From Ostreococcus lucimarinus (taxonomy: Eukaryota), in the NCBI GenBank assembly GCA_000092065.1, contig CP000586.1: a stretch of DNA of 64,000 bases; one strand, written 5' to 3'. The notes under the pieces were generated by a model. It saw nothing but the letters and a program-made list of their open reading frames with translations, did not search any database and had not been told where the DNA came from. The position numbers and the translations under genes are program-made. Within the stretch, counting starts at the first letter, position 1. Each line of letters starts with the position of its first letter. This document shows positions 18,680 to 28,731 of this stretch, piece by piece.

Positions 18680-20686
18680 CTAAACGTCGAACGCGTCGTC
18701 GGAGTCGTCGTCGAGCCACTCGGCGTCGTCGGCGTCGACGGCGCCGAGGAGGTCGGTAAGACCAGTGGCGTCTTCGAGCGTTTTGGGATCGTCGAAGACG
18801 GCGGTGAGAAATCCGTCGCGATCGTCGCGGTATTTCGCGACGACAGCGGTGGAGCACGCGGTGCATCGAGGGAAGCACGGGGCGTCAAATAGGGTTTGAG
18901 TAAACCCGGCGACGCTGCCACGAATTTGATGCGGGACGACGCCCAAGGGCGAGGAGTCGGCTTCGCGCTCCGCGCTCACGTCTTGTTCGCGAGTCGGAGG
19001 CGACGTCGTGACGCCATTTTCGGCGTGAAGTAAGGCCACCATGAGTTCGGCGGCGAGCGCACTTGCGATGGGAGCAAGACCTGGGCGTGTCACCGTGCAT
19101 TGCTGATCTAGCGTGCGGTCCTTTGTGCTATTCGCCGGAGCCATGACGTCGTTGCAGAAGTAGCATCCAAGCCGCGATGACGACGCATGGTCGACGCCGC
19201 ATCCGTGCCGCATAACGAGATAAGTGTTGAAACCGAGCGCGGTATTAATGCAAAGCTTCCCCTTATCGGCGCAAATCAACGTTGGAAGCCATCTCGATTC
19301 GCGTGTGTCCGTGAGCACGTACACGACGTCGTGCGCGTCGATCAACGCCTCGATATCGTCGACGTCTTTGAACACCGATGCTTTCAGTTTCTCGCTGACG
19401 CTGTGTCCGGGCATGGGAATACTCATCAGAACTCCTTTGGCAAACATGCCCGGGAAAATTTCTGTGAGCTTTTTCGCCGCCGCCGCAGCCTTGGGCGCGC
19501 CGCCGTCGAGACAGTCTTCGAACTCAAACAGCGACTGTCGAACTGGGTTAGAATACGAAACTCGCCCCGAGTCGACGAACGTGATGTGTTTGACACCCCA
19601 GCCCATGAGCGTGCGAGCGACTGCGCACCCTAGCGTTCCCGCGCCGATGAGCAAGCACTTAGTGGCTGCGAGTTTTTCTTGGTCCAGTTCCGGAAGCAAA
19701 CGCCATCGCATGAGTTTTAGATTCAGATCCACTGCCTGCGACGCGAGTTGATTTGGATCCATGCTCGCCCCGAGATCGACCGTGCGCGGGCCCATCTTTC
19801 CGCGTGCGTTACGCTCCCAGCCAACCACTTTCATCGTCTCCACATCGAACTTTGGAAAAGACATCGTAAACTTCACACATGCCTCGGCGGCGACCCGCCC
19901 TTTGCGCGCTCGTACGCATACCACGTCCAACGCGCTCGCACCCCAACGTGCTGACGCCAACACTGCCAAGTTGCGCAAAGTCCAGCCCGGATGCGTCATC
20001 GCGCAGCACGCATCCGCGAACGCGAGCCGCGGCTTCGCACCAGCTCGCGTCCTCGCCTCGTACTCCGTCAAAGCGTACGCCTCGCGGCCGTCCTCGCTCA
20101 CCAACCACGCAGACGCCCCCCCGCTCGCGATCCATCGCTCACACGTCGCCGCGATGTCGCCATCCACGCCCTCGTTCGTCATTCCCGTGACGGCTGACGA
20201 CATAATCTTAAACTCCGCGCTCGCGAGCGCCGGAAACGCGAACCAATACGTAAACGACCAACTCTTCAAACACGCGTACGCCACCACCGCGAACGCCCTC
20301 AATCGTTCGGGCTCGCGTTCGGCGTCGCCATTCATCACGCTCTCGAGCATCTCTCGTCCCATCGCGCGCATCGCACCGTCGCGATCGAACGTCGCCAACG
20401 CCTCGCGCGTGTTCGCGCACGTCAACCGCCCGCGCGTCGTCCACGTCCCTCGTCCTCCCGCCGCCTCCTCGCCCTCGCTCGTCGCGTCGTCGAACGCGAG
20501 CGCATCCAACGACACCGCGCTCGACACCTCGGCGTTCTGCGCGCAGCACACGCGCGCGCGGACGTCGATGGGCGTTTCATCCAGTTTCGCCTCGTGCAGC
20601 TTCACGCGCGCCGCCTCGCGCCAGAACCCCCCGTCCGGCGCGCTGCACGGCGGTTCGAACATCAGCGGCGTCGTCGCGTCCGCCAT
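18680..20686 (-). CDS. ATG7: Autophagy E1-like enzyme ATG7
   Basis: ThiF/MoeB-type fold LLIGAGTLGCAVARTLMGWGVKHITFVDSGRVSYSNPVRQSLF, catalytic-Cys region GCYFCNDVMAPANS, ATG7 N-terminal domain. First ATG (MADATTPLMFEPP) at 20686. Confidence 0.85.
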   Translation of the reverse strand: MADATTPLMFEPPCSAPDGGFWREAARVKLHEAKLDETPIDVRARVCCAQNAEVSSAVSLDALAFDDATSEGEEAAGGRGTWTTRGRLTCANTREALATFDRDGAMRAMGREMLESVMNGDAEREPERLRAFAVVAYACLKSWSFTYWFAFPALASAEFKIMSSAVTGMTNEGVDGDIAATCERWIASGGASAWLVSEDGREAYALTEYEARTRAGAKPRLAFADACCAMTHPGWTLRNLAVLASARWGASALDVVCVRARKGRVAAEACVKFTMSFPKFDVETMKVVGWERNARGKMGPRTVDLGASMDPNQLASQAVDLNLKLMRWRLLPELDQEKLAATKCLLIGAGTLGCAVARTLMGWGVKHITFVDSGRVSYSNPVRQSLFEFEDCLDGGAPKAAAAAKKLTEIFPGMFAKGVLMSIPMPGHSVSEKLKASVFKDVDDIEALIDAHDVVYVLTDTRESRWLPTLICADKGKLCINTALGFNTYLVMRHGCGVDHASSSRLGCYFCNDVMAPANSTKDRTLDQQCTVTRPGLAPIASALAAELMVALLHAENGVTTSPPTREQDVSAEREADSSPLGVVPHQIRGSVAGFTQTLFDAPCFPRCTACSTAVVAKYRDDRDGFLTAVFDDPKTLEDATGLTDLLGAVDADDAEWLDDDSDDAFDV

Positions 20687-20751
20687 CGCGTCCGTCGCCG
20701 CGCGCGGTCGCCCCGCGTCCGCGCGCGCGCGTGTGCCGTCACTTCGCGACG

Positions 20752-21771
20752 ATGTTTCGTCTCGCGCGCGCGCTCTCATCGCGCGCCGCCGCGCCCGCGC
20801 GCGCGCATCGCGCCGGGTCCGTCAGGCGCGCCAAGGCGCGCGCGTCGGTCGTCGCGCGCGCCGCGGCGAGCGCGCCGGACGAGGTGTATCGCGTCATGAG
20901 CGCGAACCAAGAGGTCGCCGTCATCGCCGTCGTCGGCACGTCGCTCGTGCGCGACGCCGCGACGCGGCATCGCACGGCGCCCACGGCGACGGCGGCGCTT
21001 GGACGGTCGCTCATGTGCGCGCTCCTGCTCGGGACGTTCAAGGGAGAGGACGAGACGACGCAGCTGACGTTCAAGGGCGACGGGCCGCTCGGGCAAATCG
21101 TCGCCGTCGCGACGCACGACGGACGAGCGAAAGGGTTCTGTTCGAACCCGAACGCGGATCCGCCGCTGCGGAGCGATGGAAAATTGAACGTGGGGGCGGC
21201 GGTCGGGAGAGGGGTGCTCACGGTGAGCCGGGCGCATCCTTCGATGAAGACGCCGTTTAGCGGGTCGGTGGCTATTAGAACCGGGGAAATCGCGGAGGAC
21301 GTGGCGGGGTACCTGAGCGAGAGCGAACAGGTCGGGTCTGCCATCGCCGTGGGCGTCGCGATCGATCGCGAGTGCGAGGTGATCGCGGCGGGGGGGTTCA
21401 TGGTGCAAATTTTGCCGTTCGCGAGCGACGAGACGATTGAGATTTTGGAGCGAATCATACCGTCGCTGCCGTCGTCGACGGCGCTCGTGCAGGAGGGGTT
21501 GACGGCGGAACAGATCGCGCAGCGCGTGCTGGGCGAGCTCGGCGAGCAGAAGGATCTCATCACGAGGATGACGCCCGAGTACGGACCGTGCGAACCGACC
21601 GAGTTGCGCGGACGAATGTTGCGCGCGGTGGCTTCTCTGGGTAAGGAAGAGGTGGCTAAAATTTTAGCCGAAGACGGCCAAATCGAAATCACGTGCGAGT
21701 TTTGCAAGGTGACTAGCGTGCTGAAGGAAGCAGATTTAGCCAAGGCCCAGGGCGAGGTGGACGCAAGGTGA
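20752..21771 (+). CDS. HSP33: Hsp33-family redox-regulated chaperone (HslO-like), probably plastid-targeted
   Basis: N-terminal Hsp33 core (VIAVVGTSLVRDAATRHRTAPTATAALGRSLMCALLLGTFKGEDETTQLTFKGDGPLGQIV) and C-terminal Cys-containing tail (ITCEFCKVTS). Track start 20731 is GTG; first ATG 20752 lies only 65 bp from the divergent ATG7 start. Confidence 0.7.
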   Translation: MFRLARALSSRAAAPARAHRAGSVRRAKARASVVARAAASAPDEVYRVMSANQEVAVIAVVGTSLVRDAATRHRTAPTATAALGRSLMCALLLGTFKGEDETTQLTFKGDGPLGQIVAVATHDGRAKGFCSNPNADPPLRSDGKLNVGAAVGRGVLTVSRAHPSMKTPFSGSVAIRTGEIAEDVAGYLSESEQVGSAIAVGVAIDRECEVIAAGGFMVQILPFASDETIEILERIIPSLPSSTALVQEGLTAEQIAQRVLGELGEQKDLITRMTPEYGPCEPTELRGRMLRAVASLGKEEVAKILAEDGQIEITCEFCKVTSVLKEADLAKAQGEVDAR

Positions 21772-21872
21772 CGGGAAAGCGATCTGGCTTCATTGGATTT
21801 TTAATGAACAATAACAATTTATTTTTGCGACATTACTTTACAAAGTGGCAGAGCGCCACACTAAATCACCCT

Positions 21873-23402
21873 CTAACGAGAGCGAATGGAAAGAATTGCT
21901 TTGGAAAGTTGCGGTATCGGCGTTTCCCTCGACTTTTTTGGAGAAGTTGAGGGTTCGTAGATATCCGCTAATGGTACACGCGTGGGCTGGTTCTCGATCG
22001 TATCGCGAATGATGGCGACGTAGCGATACATGCGATGACTGTCGAGTCGTTCAACGCGCTCCTCTGGAGAGTACTGACGAAGCGCCCAGAGGCGTTCGAA
22101 AATCGTCGGCCCTATTCGCTGCGTCGCGGTTTCGTTTTGATCTTCAAAAACCCCGGGCGATGCCGAGCTGGCATCGAATTCTTCTTGAATCGACAAGAAA
22201 GACTCTTTCGATTCGGTTGCGGCGATTAAGTCCTTCACCTCCGCTTCGAGTTCAATTTCGTTCGTTGGCATGCTAAACGCCGCAAGGAAAGACGTCCTCG
22301 CCCGCTTCGCAGCCGTGATAGGCTTGGAAAGCCCCTTGGCCACGCCTTTGGCGACGTTCGAGACTTGCCTCGTAACCTGACTCGCCTCCATCGTCGACAT
22401 CGTCGTGGTGTTCATCACGCTTTCAATCGACACACGCTGGCGCCATAGAATTCCAGCTGCACCCCACTCGCGCGGTAAGTCCGCAAACACCCCGGGTCGA
22501 TCGTTGTCGAGAACCAAGCCTTCGCCGACGTGGCAATATGGTCTGCGAACCAACGGACGCGACATCGGCAGCAAAGGGATGATGTCATCCTTTTGTACGA
22601 CGCGCAAGATATCAATTTCCTCGATAGCTTGCGCGGTCTCCTTCGGTCCGAGTTTTGGTGAGCCAAACGTGACGACGCGACGAATCTTCGTCTTCTTCTT
22701 TTGATGCAGCAACAAAGCGAGCGCGACCGCTGCGGCGCCTCCGAGCGAGTGGCCCGTGAGTTGAAGCTCGTAGCCATCCAATAGCAAAGGCTCGATCGCC
22801 TCCAAGCATCGTTGCGCAATGTTTCGGTACCCTCTGTGCATCGGCACCGGCACATCTTCCGCTCTTCCAGTCGGCGCCGTGCCCAATCGCAAGTTTTGCG
22901 CCACATTCTTGATATTCTTTGTTCCGCGAAGCGACACGGTGTGCGTACGGTTTCTATGATCCGTCGTCACGATGGCTCTCTGCTCGCACGAACTCAACTC
23001 TAACACGCGCACGTCCTCTTTACCCCTGAAAAACTCTTCAATCTCCTCTAATGGTTGCCCATTCAAGCAAGCGATCTGCGCTATTCTGTACAACTCCTCG
23101 AACGACCCCACGACTGGTATCACGCTTCCGGGTGACGTCCCCGGCGGCATCTGTATCTGCTTCAACCAACTCGGCGCGAAGCGCATCGCCTCCACCGCTC
23201 GATTTCTCAGCTCCCCCAACCGTCGCTGCGATACCCCGTTCACAGCGTCCACGTCAACGCTCGCCTCCGCGTCACTCTCAGTCGTCGCTCGCGCCGTCGA
23301 CGACGGCCGGCCGAAACGCGCTCTTCTCGCATCTTGCGCGCGTATCCCGCGTTCAATCGCCTGTTCATCCGTCGACCGCGTCGCGTCGTCAGTCATAATC
23401 AT
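21873..23402 (-). CDS. Class-3 (fungal-type) lipase / alpha-beta hydrolase
   Basis: Nucleophile elbow LTGHSLGGAAAVALALLL inside a Lipase_3-like region; track start 23453 is GTG, first ATG (MIMTDDATR) at 23402. Confidence 0.65.
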   Translation of the reverse strand: MIMTDDATRSTDEQAIERGIRAQDARRARFGRPSSTARATTESDAEASVDVDAVNGVSQRRLGELRNRAVEAMRFAPSWLKQIQMPPGTSPGSVIPVVGSFEELYRIAQIACLNGQPLEEIEEFFRGKEDVRVLELSSCEQRAIVTTDHRNRTHTVSLRGTKNIKNVAQNLRLGTAPTGRAEDVPVPMHRGYRNIAQRCLEAIEPLLLDGYELQLTGHSLGGAAAVALALLLHQKKKTKIRRVVTFGSPKLGPKETAQAIEEIDILRVVQKDDIIPLLPMSRPLVRRPYCHVGEGLVLDNDRPGVFADLPREWGAAGILWRQRVSIESVMNTTTMSTMEASQVTRQVSNVAKGVAKGLSKPITAAKRARTSFLAAFSMPTNEIELEAEVKDLIAATESKESFLSIQEEFDASSASPGVFEDQNETATQRIGPTIFERLWALRQYSPEERVERLDSHRMYRYVAIIRDTIENQPTRVPLADIYEPSTSPKKSRETPIPQLSKAILSIRSR

Positions 23403-23769
23403 CGCCGTCGTCGTGGACGGCGGATGCCGCGGTCCATCGCGCGTCGCCGACACCGCGCGCGCGAGAACACGCGACGATCAGACGTCATCGTGGCTCCAGC
23501 ACTCGACACGTTTTCGTTCGGTTCGTCGCGCGCACGTCGTGCGAACGCACCGTGAACCGAGAAACGAGCGCGCGCGTCGTCGGCGCGTGCATGGCTCGCG
23601 CCGTCGCGAGCCGCCGCCGCGCACCGCGTCTGTGTCTGAAGCTCTCGCGCGGCGGCGGTTGTGTATTCAGGAAACGAATGAAACTCGCGCGGCGTTGCAA
23701 TTGAAAAGTGCGTAAAACAAGGGCGAAAATGTGCGTAAAGCGCTAACTCGCGCGCTGACTCGTGATCGA

Positions 23770-24369
23770 TTAAGCCGCCGCGGATTGCGCGGCGACGTCT
23801 TCGCTCGCGTGGTGCGAGACGTACACTTCGCGTATTCGATCGAGCGAGACGGCGCGGCGAACCTCGGCGATGGCTTCGTGAAGCTCCGAGTCCTTTCCGA
23901 TGAGCGGAACTTCGCCCTGGGACCACTCGAACTCGCCCATCACCACCTCGATGAGGCGTAACATCATGCGACGCGCCGTCATCGTCGTCGGGTTGTCCAA
24001 TCGGTTCTCGCCGCGTTCGACGGTCTGGGTCGCCATCGTCCCGAGAAGTCTCCAGAGCTCGTCGTGCTCCGCGCTCGTGGTGCTCCATTTCCGCAACTCG
24101 AAGAAGTGCCCCTTCTCCAACGATGGGTGTGGATCGCGTTGATTGCGCTGCAAGAAGTTGAAGAGTCGGTAACTCGCGCAAACGTTCAACGCGTCTTGGT
24201 CCAGAGTTTCGTCAAACTTTAACGCGCCTCGTTCCTCGAGCTGAACCGCAAAGGCCTCGACGAAGTCTTCACCGAACGCCAAGTCGAGATCTTTTCTCGA
24301 CACACTGGGCTGCCGCGATTCGGCGAGGAGTTTTTGTAAGTTTTCGGTGTATTCTTTTGCGTCCGTCAT
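23770..24369 (-). CDS. Hypothetical conserved protein (199 aa), no domain recognised
   Basis: Clean ORF with the same codon bias as neighbouring genes; track start 24477 is TTG, first ATG (MTDAKEYTENLQ) at 24369. Confidence 0.4.
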   Translation of the reverse strand: MTDAKEYTENLQKLLAESRQPSVSRKDLDLAFGEDFVEAFAVQLEERGALKFDETLDQDALNVCASYRLFNFLQRNQRDPHPSLEKGHFFELRKWSTTSAEHDELWRLLGTMATQTVERGENRLDNPTTMTARRMMLRLIEVVMGEFEWSQGEVPLIGKDSELHEAIAEVRRAVSLDRIREVYVSHHASEDVAAQSAAA

Positions 24370-24664
24370 GATCGGGTCGCGAGCTGGGATGTGACGTTCG
24401 GTTCTGCGTCGTTGCGCGCGGCGACGCCGTCGAGCGTCGTGGACGGAAACAAAGAGAGTGTCAAATCGCGCGGACAAATGTGAGTCATGCTAATCATGTG
24501 TGTATTATTACGTCGCACGACGCTCGAGGAGACGTACGTCACCTCTCGCGCGCGTACGGGCAAGAATGGAGCTACAAATGCAAGTGCGTGCGAATGCGAA
24601 ACCGCGTCGGCGAGTGCGCGATGGAAGATCGCGCGTCCAGAGGACGCGCGATTATCGGATGCAG

Positions 24665-26158
24665 TTATTGCGCCGCGCGGCGACGACGCATATCGTTCAA
24701 CTCGCTAGCCATCAAAAACGCAAGCTCGATGGCTTGGCTCGCGTTCAAGCGCGGATCACAATGGGTGAGGTAGCGCTTTTCCAAATCAGACACCGAAACG
24801 TCCATGATGCCGCCCGTGCACTCGGTGACGTTTTGCCCCGTCATCTCTAAGTGAACCCCACCAGGATAAGTACCCATCTTTTCGTGCACTTCAAAGAATG
24901 CCATAATTTCGTCGCGCACCGCCTCGAACGGACGCGTCTTGAAACCGTTATCAGTCTTGATGGTGTTCCCGTGCATGGGATCCGTAACCCACAACACGTT
25001 GAGCCCGGCGTCTTCAATGGCGGTGATGAGACGCGGAAGATGCTCGCGCAACTTGGCAGCACCCATGCGAGAGATGAGGGTGATGCGACCCGGGACGTTG
25101 TCCGGGTTCAACTTCTTCACCAAGCTCACCACACCCTCGCCGTCGCTCTTGTCGGAAATCTTGATGCCGATCGGGTTGGAAATACCGCGGAAGTATTCCA
25201 TGTGTGCGCCTTCGGGTTGGCGCGTGCGCTCACCACACCACAAGAAATGCGCGGAACAGCCGTAATGCTCCTCGGTCGTGGAGTCCAAACGCGTGAGCGA
25301 TTCTTCATAACCCAGGTGAAGAGCTTCGTGCGCCGTGAAGAAGGATGTCTCTTGCATCGACGGATGAGTTTCGTCGATGCCGCACGCCGCCATAAAGTCA
25401 ATCGCGGCGTCGACGCGCTGCGCAAGATCCTCATATTGACTGCCTCGTTCGGTGTTTTCCATAAAATCCAAATTCCAATCGCTCACGCGCGTCATCGCGG
25501 CGTACCCTCCGTTACTGAAAGCTCGCAGCAAGTTGAGCGTGGCGCACGACTGATCGTACGCCTTGACCAAACGCGAAGGGTCCGGCCGACGCGCTTCCGG
25601 GGTGAACTCACAGCTGTTGATGTTATCGCCTCTGTACGACGGCAACGAGAGCCCATCGATCGTTTCCAAGTCTTCGGAACGGGGTTTGGCGAACTGGCCA
25701 GCCATTCGTCCCAGCTTCACCACGGGCACGCCCGAGCCGTACATCAACACGACGGACATTTGCAGCAAAACCCGGTACGTATCCCGCACGTTATCCGACG
25801 TGAAATCTCTAAAACTTTCCGCACAATCACCACCGAACAAGACGAACGCGTTACCAGCCGCCGCGTTCGCGAGCTTTTCCTGCAAGTCGCGCGCTTCTCC
25901 CGCGAACACGAGCGGCGGCCGGTTGGCGATCACCTTCAGCGCCTCCTCCAGCTCAGCCTGATTTTCATAGTTCGGTTGTTGCAGCGCCTCGCGCTGTCGC
26001 CAAGACTTCGGGTTCCACTCCTTCAAATTCGCCCCCGTCGCGCTGACGTCCGCGCTCCTCGCCTTCGACTTGCTCGCCGTCGCCTGCGCCCTGCTCGCGT
26101 CGCGCGCGCCGCGCTCCGGGTTAGTCCTCGCGTTCGTCGTCGTTCGCCCTCGTCCCAT
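24665..26158 (-). CDS. 3-deoxy-D-arabino-heptulosonate-7-phosphate synthase, class II (plant/AroAII type), shikimate pathway entry enzyme
   Basis: [51 protein letters not shown]... and the rest of the class II DAHPS core through the C-terminus; track start is GTG, first ATG at 26158 gives a short basic leader. Confidence 0.85.
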   Translation of the reverse strand: MGRGRTTTNARTNPERGARDASRAQATASKSKARSADVSATGANLKEWNPKSWRQREALQQPNYENQAELEEALKVIANRPPLVFAGEARDLQEKLANAAAGNAFVLFGGDCAESFRDFTSDNVRDTYRVLLQMSVVLMYGSGVPVVKLGRMAGQFAKPRSEDLETIDGLSLPSYRGDNINSCEFTPEARRPDPSRLVKAYDQSCATLNLLRAFSNGGYAAMTRVSDWNLDFMENTERGSQYEDLAQRVDAAIDFMAACGIDETHPSMQETSFFTAHEALHLGYEESLTRLDSTTEEHYGCSAHFLWCGERTRQPEGAHMEYFRGISNPIGIKISDKSDGEGVVSLVKKLNPDNVPGRITLISRMGAAKLREHLPRLITAIEDAGLNVLWVTDPMHGNTIKTDNGFKTRPFEAVRDEIMAFFEVHEKMGTYPGGVHLEMTGQNVTECTGGIMDVSVSDLEKRYLTHCDPRLNASQAIELAFLMASELNDMRRRRAAQ

Positions 26159-26569
26159 CCGCGCGTCCCTCGCGCGCGTCGCCTCGAACGATCCACCATC
26201 CCTCCCCACCGATCCGCGCGTCTCGCGCTCGCGCGCGCGCGTCGCGCGCGTCTCGCGCCGTCGTCGCGTAACCCTCGACTCGATCGTCCGCCGTCGTCAT
26301 CCACCCGATCGCGCGCGCGCGTCGTCGTTCGCGCCGCGCCGCGCACCTCGTCACCGTCGTCACCGATCGTCGCGCGCCCGCGCGCGTCGTTCGCGCGCGC
26401 GTCGGCGTCGCCGCGCGTCGGACGCACGCCATGTCGAGCGATCGATTGTGCCGCCGCCGACGGCGCGCGCGTCCCAAGCGCGCGTGGTTCCGAATGTCCG
26501 AACTTTCCCATCGCGATCGCGTTCTGATGGCATCGCGAGGCTTACTGTACGGCACTCGCGCGTTCGACG

Positions 26570-26600
26570 TATTCTGTGTGCGCACTGTTTGCGCACACAG
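26570..26600. promoter_or_regulatory. 12-bp perfect inverted repeat ttctgtgtgcgc / gcgcacacagaa with 7-nt spacer in the DAHPS-Ycf45 divergent intergenic region
   Basis: Read directly: ttctgtgtgcgcactgtttgcgcacacagaa. Sits about 400 bp upstream of the DAHPS ATG in an otherwise CG/G-run-rich spacer. Confidence 0.4.
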
Positions 26601-27195
26601 AACGGGTGGTTTTTATGCGTCGCGCATCGGTGTGGATAGAATGTCCGGTGTGAAGGTTTGAATCGCGACGCTTCGCGCGATGGATGAAACGACGCGCGAC
26701 CGCAGAGCGACGCGCGACGCGCGGCGCGACGCGGCGACGCGCGGAGCCGCGCATAAGAATTATCGTCGACCGCGGCGCGAGGCGCGAGGCGCGCGCGACG
26801 CGGGATGACGACGATGGGACGGGGGATGACGACGACGTCGACGACGACGGCCGTTAACGGCGCGCGCGCGCGCGCGGGACGACGCGCGCGAGCGACGCGC
26901 GCGGTGACGTCGAGAGGTGCGCGCGACGCGGGATGACGGGGAGGGGAGGTGGACGCGACGGGCGGGGGGGGGGACGCGCGGCGCGGACGGAGGGGGGGAC
27001 GCGAGCGACGCGAGCGATGACATCGAAATCGAAACGGCACGATTTTTTTTGAAATGTCGCGGCGCGCGGCGCGACGGGTCGGTCGGACGCGTTCGGCGCG
27101 CGCGCGACGATCGGGGGAGGGTGGACTGACGTGTATTCGTTCGACGCGGCGCAGCGGTGGAGATCGATGACGATGGGTACGACGTCGACGATGGG

Positions 27196-28482
27196 ATGAT
27201 TTCGAGCACGGAGTTTGAAGACGACGACGAGCAAGTCACCGTGCGAGACGACTTGACGCGTTTGTACGGCGTCTTGCCCGCGGACGTTCGGGACGCGGTG
27301 AAGAATCATCCGGAACGGAAACATCTGTTGGAGGTGGTGTTGGATCTCGGTCGAGCGCCCGAGGCGAGATTTCTGGGGGAAATTGGGTCGATGTTCCTGC
27401 GCGAGGCGCCAGTGGTGGAAGCTGAGCTCGTCGCGGCGGCGAAGGCGGTGGGGGAGTTTGGTGGGGATAACCGAGCGGGCATCGAAGGCACGTTACATCG
27501 CATTTCGTGCATTCGAAACAGGCGTGGTCACATCGTCGGCATGACGTGTCGCGTTGGACGAGCTGTGACGGGGCATATCGATATGATTCGAGATATTTTA
27601 CCGAGCGGCGAGAGCGTGTTGTTTTTGGGACGTCCGGGTGTCGGAAAGACGACGGTCATCCGCGAAATGGCGCGTGTGTTGAGCGATGAGCTCAAAAAAC
27701 GCGTGGTGATCATCGACACCAGCAACGAGATCGGCGGTGATGGCGACATCCCGCACCCCGCCATCGGGGGCGCGCGGCGAATGCAAGTTCCGGATCCGTC
27801 CATGCAACACCGCGTCATGATCGAAGCCGTGGAGAATCACATGCCCGAGGTGATCATCGTCGATGAAATCGGTACCGAAGCCGAAGCGCTGGCGTGTCGA
27901 ACGATCGCCGAGCGTGGTGTTCAGCTCATTGGTACCGCGCACGGGCAGTTGCTGGAGAACTTGATCAAGAACCCGACGCTGACCGATTTGGTCGGCGGCG
28001 TCCAGACTGTCACGCTCGGCGACGACGAAGCGCGCGCGAGAGGGTGCCAAAAGTCCATCCTCGAGCGTCAAGGTCCGCCGACGTTTCCAATTTTGATCGA
28101 AATGCACGAACGCAACATGTGGGTCGCGCACAACGTCGCTGAAAGCGTCGATGAAGTGCTCAGCGGGGCGCGACCAGTCGTGCAGCTTCGCACTCGCGAT
28201 GGCGAAGGCGAAGTGACGGTGCATCGCACCGTTTACGATATGGACGTCAGTCTTGGCACTGCGAACGTGAGCCATACGCTCGGGGCCATGGGTGGCATAA
28301 TCGCCCCCACGAGTCGTCTGAACAACCGAGCAGATAGCTCGGTCGATGACCCATATGCTTGGGCCCAAACCATCGGCAACGTTCCGGACAAGGACGCTTT
28401 GGACAACGTTTACGGAGGCACGGCGTTCAAGGAAAACAAGAAGCGCGGCAAAAAGACGCGTGCGAACGCCTCCAAGCGTTGA
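27196..28482 (+). CDS. Ycf45-like P-loop ATPase with an R3H-like N-terminal region (nuclear copy of a plastid/cyanobacterial gene; SpoIIIAA-like)
   Basis: Walker A (LFLGRPGVGKTT) and Walker B (VIIVDEIGT) with the conserved ycf45 core (HGQLLENLIKNPTLTDLVGG...). The frame is open from 27157 (GTG) and the first ATG is 27196; a branch-like GGACTGACG plus CGCAG acceptor at 27126-27154 suggests a possible upstream exon that I could not place. Confidence 0.7.
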   Translation: MISSTEFEDDDEQVTVRDDLTRLYGVLPADVRDAVKNHPERKHLLEVVLDLGRAPEARFLGEIGSMFLREAPVVEAELVAAAKAVGEFGGDNRAGIEGTLHRISCIRNRRGHIVGMTCRVGRAVTGHIDMIRDILPSGESVLFLGRPGVGKTTVIREMARVLSDELKKRVVIIDTSNEIGGDGDIPHPAIGGARRMQVPDPSMQHRVMIEAVENHMPEVIIVDEIGTEAEALACRTIAERGVQLIGTAHGQLLENLIKNPTLTDLVGGVQTVTLGDDEARARGCQKSILERQGPPTFPILIEMHERNMWVAHNVAESVDEVLSGARPVVQLRTRDGEGEVTVHRTVYDMDVSLGTANVSHTLGAMGGIIAPTSRLNNRADSSVDDPYAWAQTIGNVPDKDALDNVYGGTAFKENKKRGKKTRANASKR

Positions 28483-28731
28483 TTCAGGTCAGCGCACCAC
28501 TTTCTACACTAGTACCATCAGAGTATTACCGCACATTACGCTATCATCGCCCGCGACTTACTCATTGCGGGTTTGTATCATATTCAAGATCTCGAGCCGT
28601 CGACATCGACGGCTTCCGCTGTTGTACTTGGAGGCTGTACTATCACGCGGCGCGACACATGCAATGTTATAAAATACGAGATATGTCGTTAAGTTATTAC
28701 ACGTACGAGCGGCCGCCGCTCCATTACTAAA

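Noticed and set aside
19761-21260. 499-aa plus-strand ORF antisense to ATG7, and 334-aa/210-aa minus ORFs antisense to Hsp33
   Set aside because: Low-complexity Ala/Arg/Ser translations lying opposite strongly conserved genes; typical GC-rich antisense open frames.
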